Shown piece after piece: positions 60,030-64,000 of a stretch of DNA of 64,000 bases. The number at the start of each line of letters is the position of its first letter. Position 1 is the first letter of the stretch. Source of the stretch: Magallana gigas (lineage: Eukaryota); assembly GCF_963853765.1 (NCBI RefSeq), contig NC_088860.1, forward strand, positions 30,504,001 to 30,568,000. The letters are read 5' to 3'. A model generated the notes under the pieces. It was given only the letters and a program-made list of their open reading frames with translations. It made no database searches and had not been told where the DNA came from. A program made the position numbers and the translations under genes.

Positions 60030-63000
60030 ATGTCAACGTGCAACGATGAAGACGAAGGGAATTTAGAGTCTGGTGATCTTGGTCTCGGGTTTGGATTAAA
60101 GCCTGGATCTCTACCAATCTTGGATGCTTTGCGATCAAAGAAAAAAGCGCTGTCAAAGAGTCACGTTGATCTCTCGGCTGTTTCTGCAAAACCACTTATT
60201 CCACCAAACCAAAGCCATTATTCTACTATTGAGAAACTTCGTCATAAAAGCAAAACGTCTGTAAACATATATAATAGAAAAACTTATTTGGACAAAATGA
60301 ATCCTGCAGATCCCAGATGCGAGGGGGATAAAAAATTGCCCCCAAAAGGTTTCTGTTATTTACTGAATATATATATAAGATATAAAATTTTATATTATTA
60401 TGGGCTTTTTTTTCTTTACTATTTTTTTATTTTATGTGTTGCGTTCGGTTGTTTATTCTTTTTTATTGACACCATTCAATTATTAAGTTCTTTATATGTA
60501 TGTATTTACATTTTTTAGAGCAAGTCCAAATAAGCAAGGATGACATAATAAAAAAGCTTCTTGAAGCAGAACAGGTATTTATCAATCTGAATACATTTAG
60601 TCTTAATCTTTTAAAAATAATTTCAAAAGACAATTGTTTGATGGAAAAGATGGGTGGATAACGCGTGTAATATGCCTATACATGGACGGATAAGATAAGT
60701 CAGTAAATCTGTGGCCATAGTCACACATAGTGTTTGAATAGCCTTCTTTGTTTTGTCTGAAATGACTTAGTGGTTAGAGCACCTGACATAAGGTAACCTT
60801 ATATAAGTAGGGTTTTTATGTCGTGGGTTCGATACCACCAAAATTTAAGGTAATATTTTTTTCTTATCGTTTGTTAAATATTTTAAAAACTGGATATAGT
60901 TAGAAATTGTGCTTTGGCAAACTTGTATTATGATATATTTGAGTAGATTTAGTTGGAAAAAAAATAAATTCAAAATTGTATTTCACACGACAAAACCGAA
61001 TAAGCATTTGTGCTATCTTATGATATCCCCCCTCTTTTTTATTACCATATTGTTAATTAACATCTCATCCCATATTATTAATTTTATGAACACTTTACCT
61101 GGTATGTTGTATTTTTCAGGAAGTTGAAGAGCTTAAAACAGAATTAGAGGTTTATGAGAAGAGATTAGAGTCAAAGTACAAAGCTATTGCTATATTGAAA
61201 AACCAGGTTTGTTATTCTTTGGTATTTTTAGAATAGATCTGAAGACAACACCCCCCCCCCCCTTTTAATTTTGGGTCGGGGGGGGGGGGTAGTGATTTAA
61301 TGAGGGCTTGGTGGCAAAGTATAGGGTATTGTTAAAGATGCCTTATTTCAATATAGCAGGACTTTTAATGTAATATGGAATGCTAGTCAAAGTCATCTTT
61401 CTTTACCATTATGGCCACTGATGAATAACTTTTTTTCCTCCAGATATCATCTTGTGAAGAGGATATCAATACCAGTGGAAAGAAAAGCAGACAATATGAA
61501 GAGTCATTAGAAAGAGTGAGTTTAAATTCCAATGTAATTTTTTTCTGCATGGAGTTGATTTATAGCAATATACAAGCCATCCTAAAAAATGTTTGTTTGG
61601 AATTGCCGCCTGGCTCTTTCCAGACTCAGTAGGGAGGAAGGGATTTTTTTTTTCAAATTGGAAGTTAAGCTAATTAAAAAAACGGTAAAAAAACTACAAT
61701 CTCCATAAAAAGTGGAAATTGAAAGCAAAAGGTTTTGCTCCAAAATGACAATATTTTATTTTTAATTTCTTAATTTTTATTAAAATTGTAATATGTATGA
61801 ATATCTACCATTTAATTGTAATTCAGGAGGTTAACTCTCTCAATTTTGAATTGGGAAAAAGGGAAACGACTTTTGAAAACAGCCAGCAGATGTGGGCTGT
61901 GAGATTTGACAGGTACGCTGATTTTACAACATCAAGGCTATCTATTTTCTGATAATTGATAGTTTTTTATTTGCTGTATATGTTATCAAGTATATTTTAT
62001 TTAGCTTGATTTGTACTTATTTATAATGCTCATTTAATACTGGTCTGATGTGATAGGTAAATATTTTTTTAGATCATACATATTTCTCAAGTGCCAAATC
62101 ATTGTTATTAAATTTATATTTAAAGCATTTGTAAGGAAAATTCATCCCTAACCACAGAACTTGATCAGAAATCCTTAGAGCTAAGAGAGTTGAAGGCTCA
62201 AAAGATGGGTAAGCAAATTCACCTCCAAAATGCATTTACTAAGTACTCTTATTTGAATACATGTATCAGATTTTCAAGTTTTCATTTAAAAAAAAAATAT
62301 GTACTTTCTTAATATTTCAAAGTGTTGTGCAGAGAAAGAGATGAGTTACTGGCCTTGTTAGATGTTAAAGAGAGAGGGCGCTACCTAAGGTCTCGGAGCA
62401 TCTCGGAGGATGAAGCTTACAGTGAATATAGCTCTACTGAGGTAAACACTGTTTTATTTCAAATCAAAAATTAAGAAATATGACATCCAATTCTGCTTTT
62501 GTATGTACCGGTATATATTTATATTACAAGTAGTTTTGCTTTTTGACTGCAGTGACATATGGGAGCAGTAAACATGGCATTAAGAATGTTTTTAATTATG
62601 TATATTTCAAATATGTATATATATATATGCATTGCTTTACTTTTCATGTACTCACAAATGACATATTTCCATAGACAGTAATACTTTATAACTTTTTATA
62701 CTTCAGCTGGCAGTTCTTGGAGCCTGTAAATGCAGAGTTACTTCCCCTGAACCATGTGGCTGTGCCCACGCTGCGGCAGCACTTAGAAGGGAACTCTGTA
62801 AACTCAAAGAACAGGTAACGTGTTGGTAATTCACGGAGATAACATAACATGTAATCTGTGTAAAACGTGAGGGTAGCAAGTATTGATGCACTGTGTCTTT
62901 GATCGTTTCTGTTTTATTTTAGTATGAAGCTCAGTTACGACGGCGCGATGAGGCTGCTCAGACGGTGGATGCATACAGAGCAGCGTTTGAGGAACAGCTG

Positions 63001-63679
63001 TACAGGAACAAACAGATGATGCTACAGCTAGCCGAGATAGCAGTCGCTGGACCATCCAAATATGAAAAGGCAAAGGTCATTCTCAAAAACCTTATCCATT
63101 TATTGAATGATGGTAAGTTGAAATGACAAAGAGTAGATTGACTTTTTGTATATCTTTCTTTGATAGTAAAATATTAGCTGCAATAATTCAGCCCCTCCCA
63201 ATTTTTGGGGGGAGGGGTGAGCTGAAAACAATGGATAAAGAGATGGGAGAGGACTACTATATTGCAGTTAAATCAAACAACTACAAGTAGGATGGTTTCA
63301 ATTCTTAATTTTAGGGTTTCATCAATTTGCTGAAGTGTTACACCAGTAAATAATACACACATATACCCATAGTTGTTCATGTTCTTAAACATCTGGGTAA
63401 TTTATAAGTCTTTAATATTAAGGGGACCTACTGCTTCTTAGGCCATTATTTAATGAATTATAAATGGTCATTCTGAATTTTTTAAAAATTCTAATGTATA
63501 CCTGTTAATTCTATGTTTTTTTCATTAATCTATCAGATGACTACCTATGTGAAATAACGAATCAGCGACAAAACATCTTCAGCATCAATGGCAACTCTAA
63601 ACCAGGAAAACCAGAGGTGGACAGCCAGTCAGAACCGGTTATGTCTGACAGAGACCTGGTTATGGCTCTCACAGAAATA
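60030..63679 (+). CDS. CCDC125: Coiled-coil domain-containing protein 125 (3' end beyond the window)
   Basis: Exons 60030-60348, 60519-60574, 61120-61206, 61444-61515, 61827-61912, 62126-62208, 62323-62441, 62707-62814, 62923-63112, 63537-63679, phase-consistent. ELAVLGACKC..PCGCAHAAA and DAYRAAFEEQL match CCDC125 ELAVLGACLC..PCSCARMAA / DAFRIAFEQQL from memory. Confidence 0.85.
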
Positions 63680-63686
63680 GTCAGTA

Positions 63687-64000
63687 TTTTTATACCCCCC
63701 GCAAACAAAGTTTGGGGGGGTATATAGGAATCACCTTGTCCGTCCGTCCGTCTGTCTGTCTGTCTGTCTGTCCGTCTGTCTGTGCAATCGTGTCCGGTCC
63801 ATATCTTTCTTATGGAGAAACATTGGAAGTTCTTACTTCACACAAAAATTGCTTATGACCTAAGGGTGTGTCATGACCTTGACCCAAGGTCATTCGGGCA
63901 AGGTCAGGGTCACTGGCAGAAAAAGTGCAAAATTCGTGTCCGGTCCATATCTTTCTTATGGAGAAACATAGGAAGTTCTTACTTCACACAAAGATTGCTT
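63687..64000 (+). mobile_element. Helentron HINE (pearl/CvA-like) with Cg170-like satellite units, truncated by the window end
   Basis: T-tract, palindrome ccccccgcaaacaaagtttggggggg, (tccg)/(tctg) tetranucleotide array, then tandem units with a 146-bp period (cgtgtccggtcc at 63789 and 63935). Confidence 0.88.

Overview
AT-rich, intron-containing animal DNA, very probably an oyster (Crassostrea/Magallana); this is inferred from Cg170-like satellite-bearing Helentron (HINE) elements and molluscan-type proteins. Nine protein-coding genes were rebuilt by hand from splice sites and phase continuity: a divergent ninjurin (-), CFAP58 (+, 16 exons), IBA57 (-, 6 exons), an uncharacterised LamG-like / 11-aa S/T-repeat / PAN-apple protein (+, 5' end unresolved), a CYP26-like P450 (+), a short RNF145/TRC8-like membrane RING-H2 ligase (+), a myosin regulatory light chain (-), MRPL43 (-) and CCDC125 (+, runs off the window). 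The window also holds many non-autonomous DNA transposons (Kolobok-like, Mutator-like foldback, P-like and TA-flanked MITEs, Helentrons), microsatellites and one assembly gap. No rRNA, tRNA or CRISPR was recognised. Most notable: (1) the LamG-repeat-PAN protein; (2) a perfect DR2 element plus clustered nuclear-receptor half-sites around CYP26, which also has an unusual N-terminal extension; (3) a ninjurin carrying natural substitutions at lysis-critical positions plus a CxCxxC loop insertion; (4) a candidate 3-nt microexon in the myosin light chain. Family assignments come from remembered reference sequences, not database searches.
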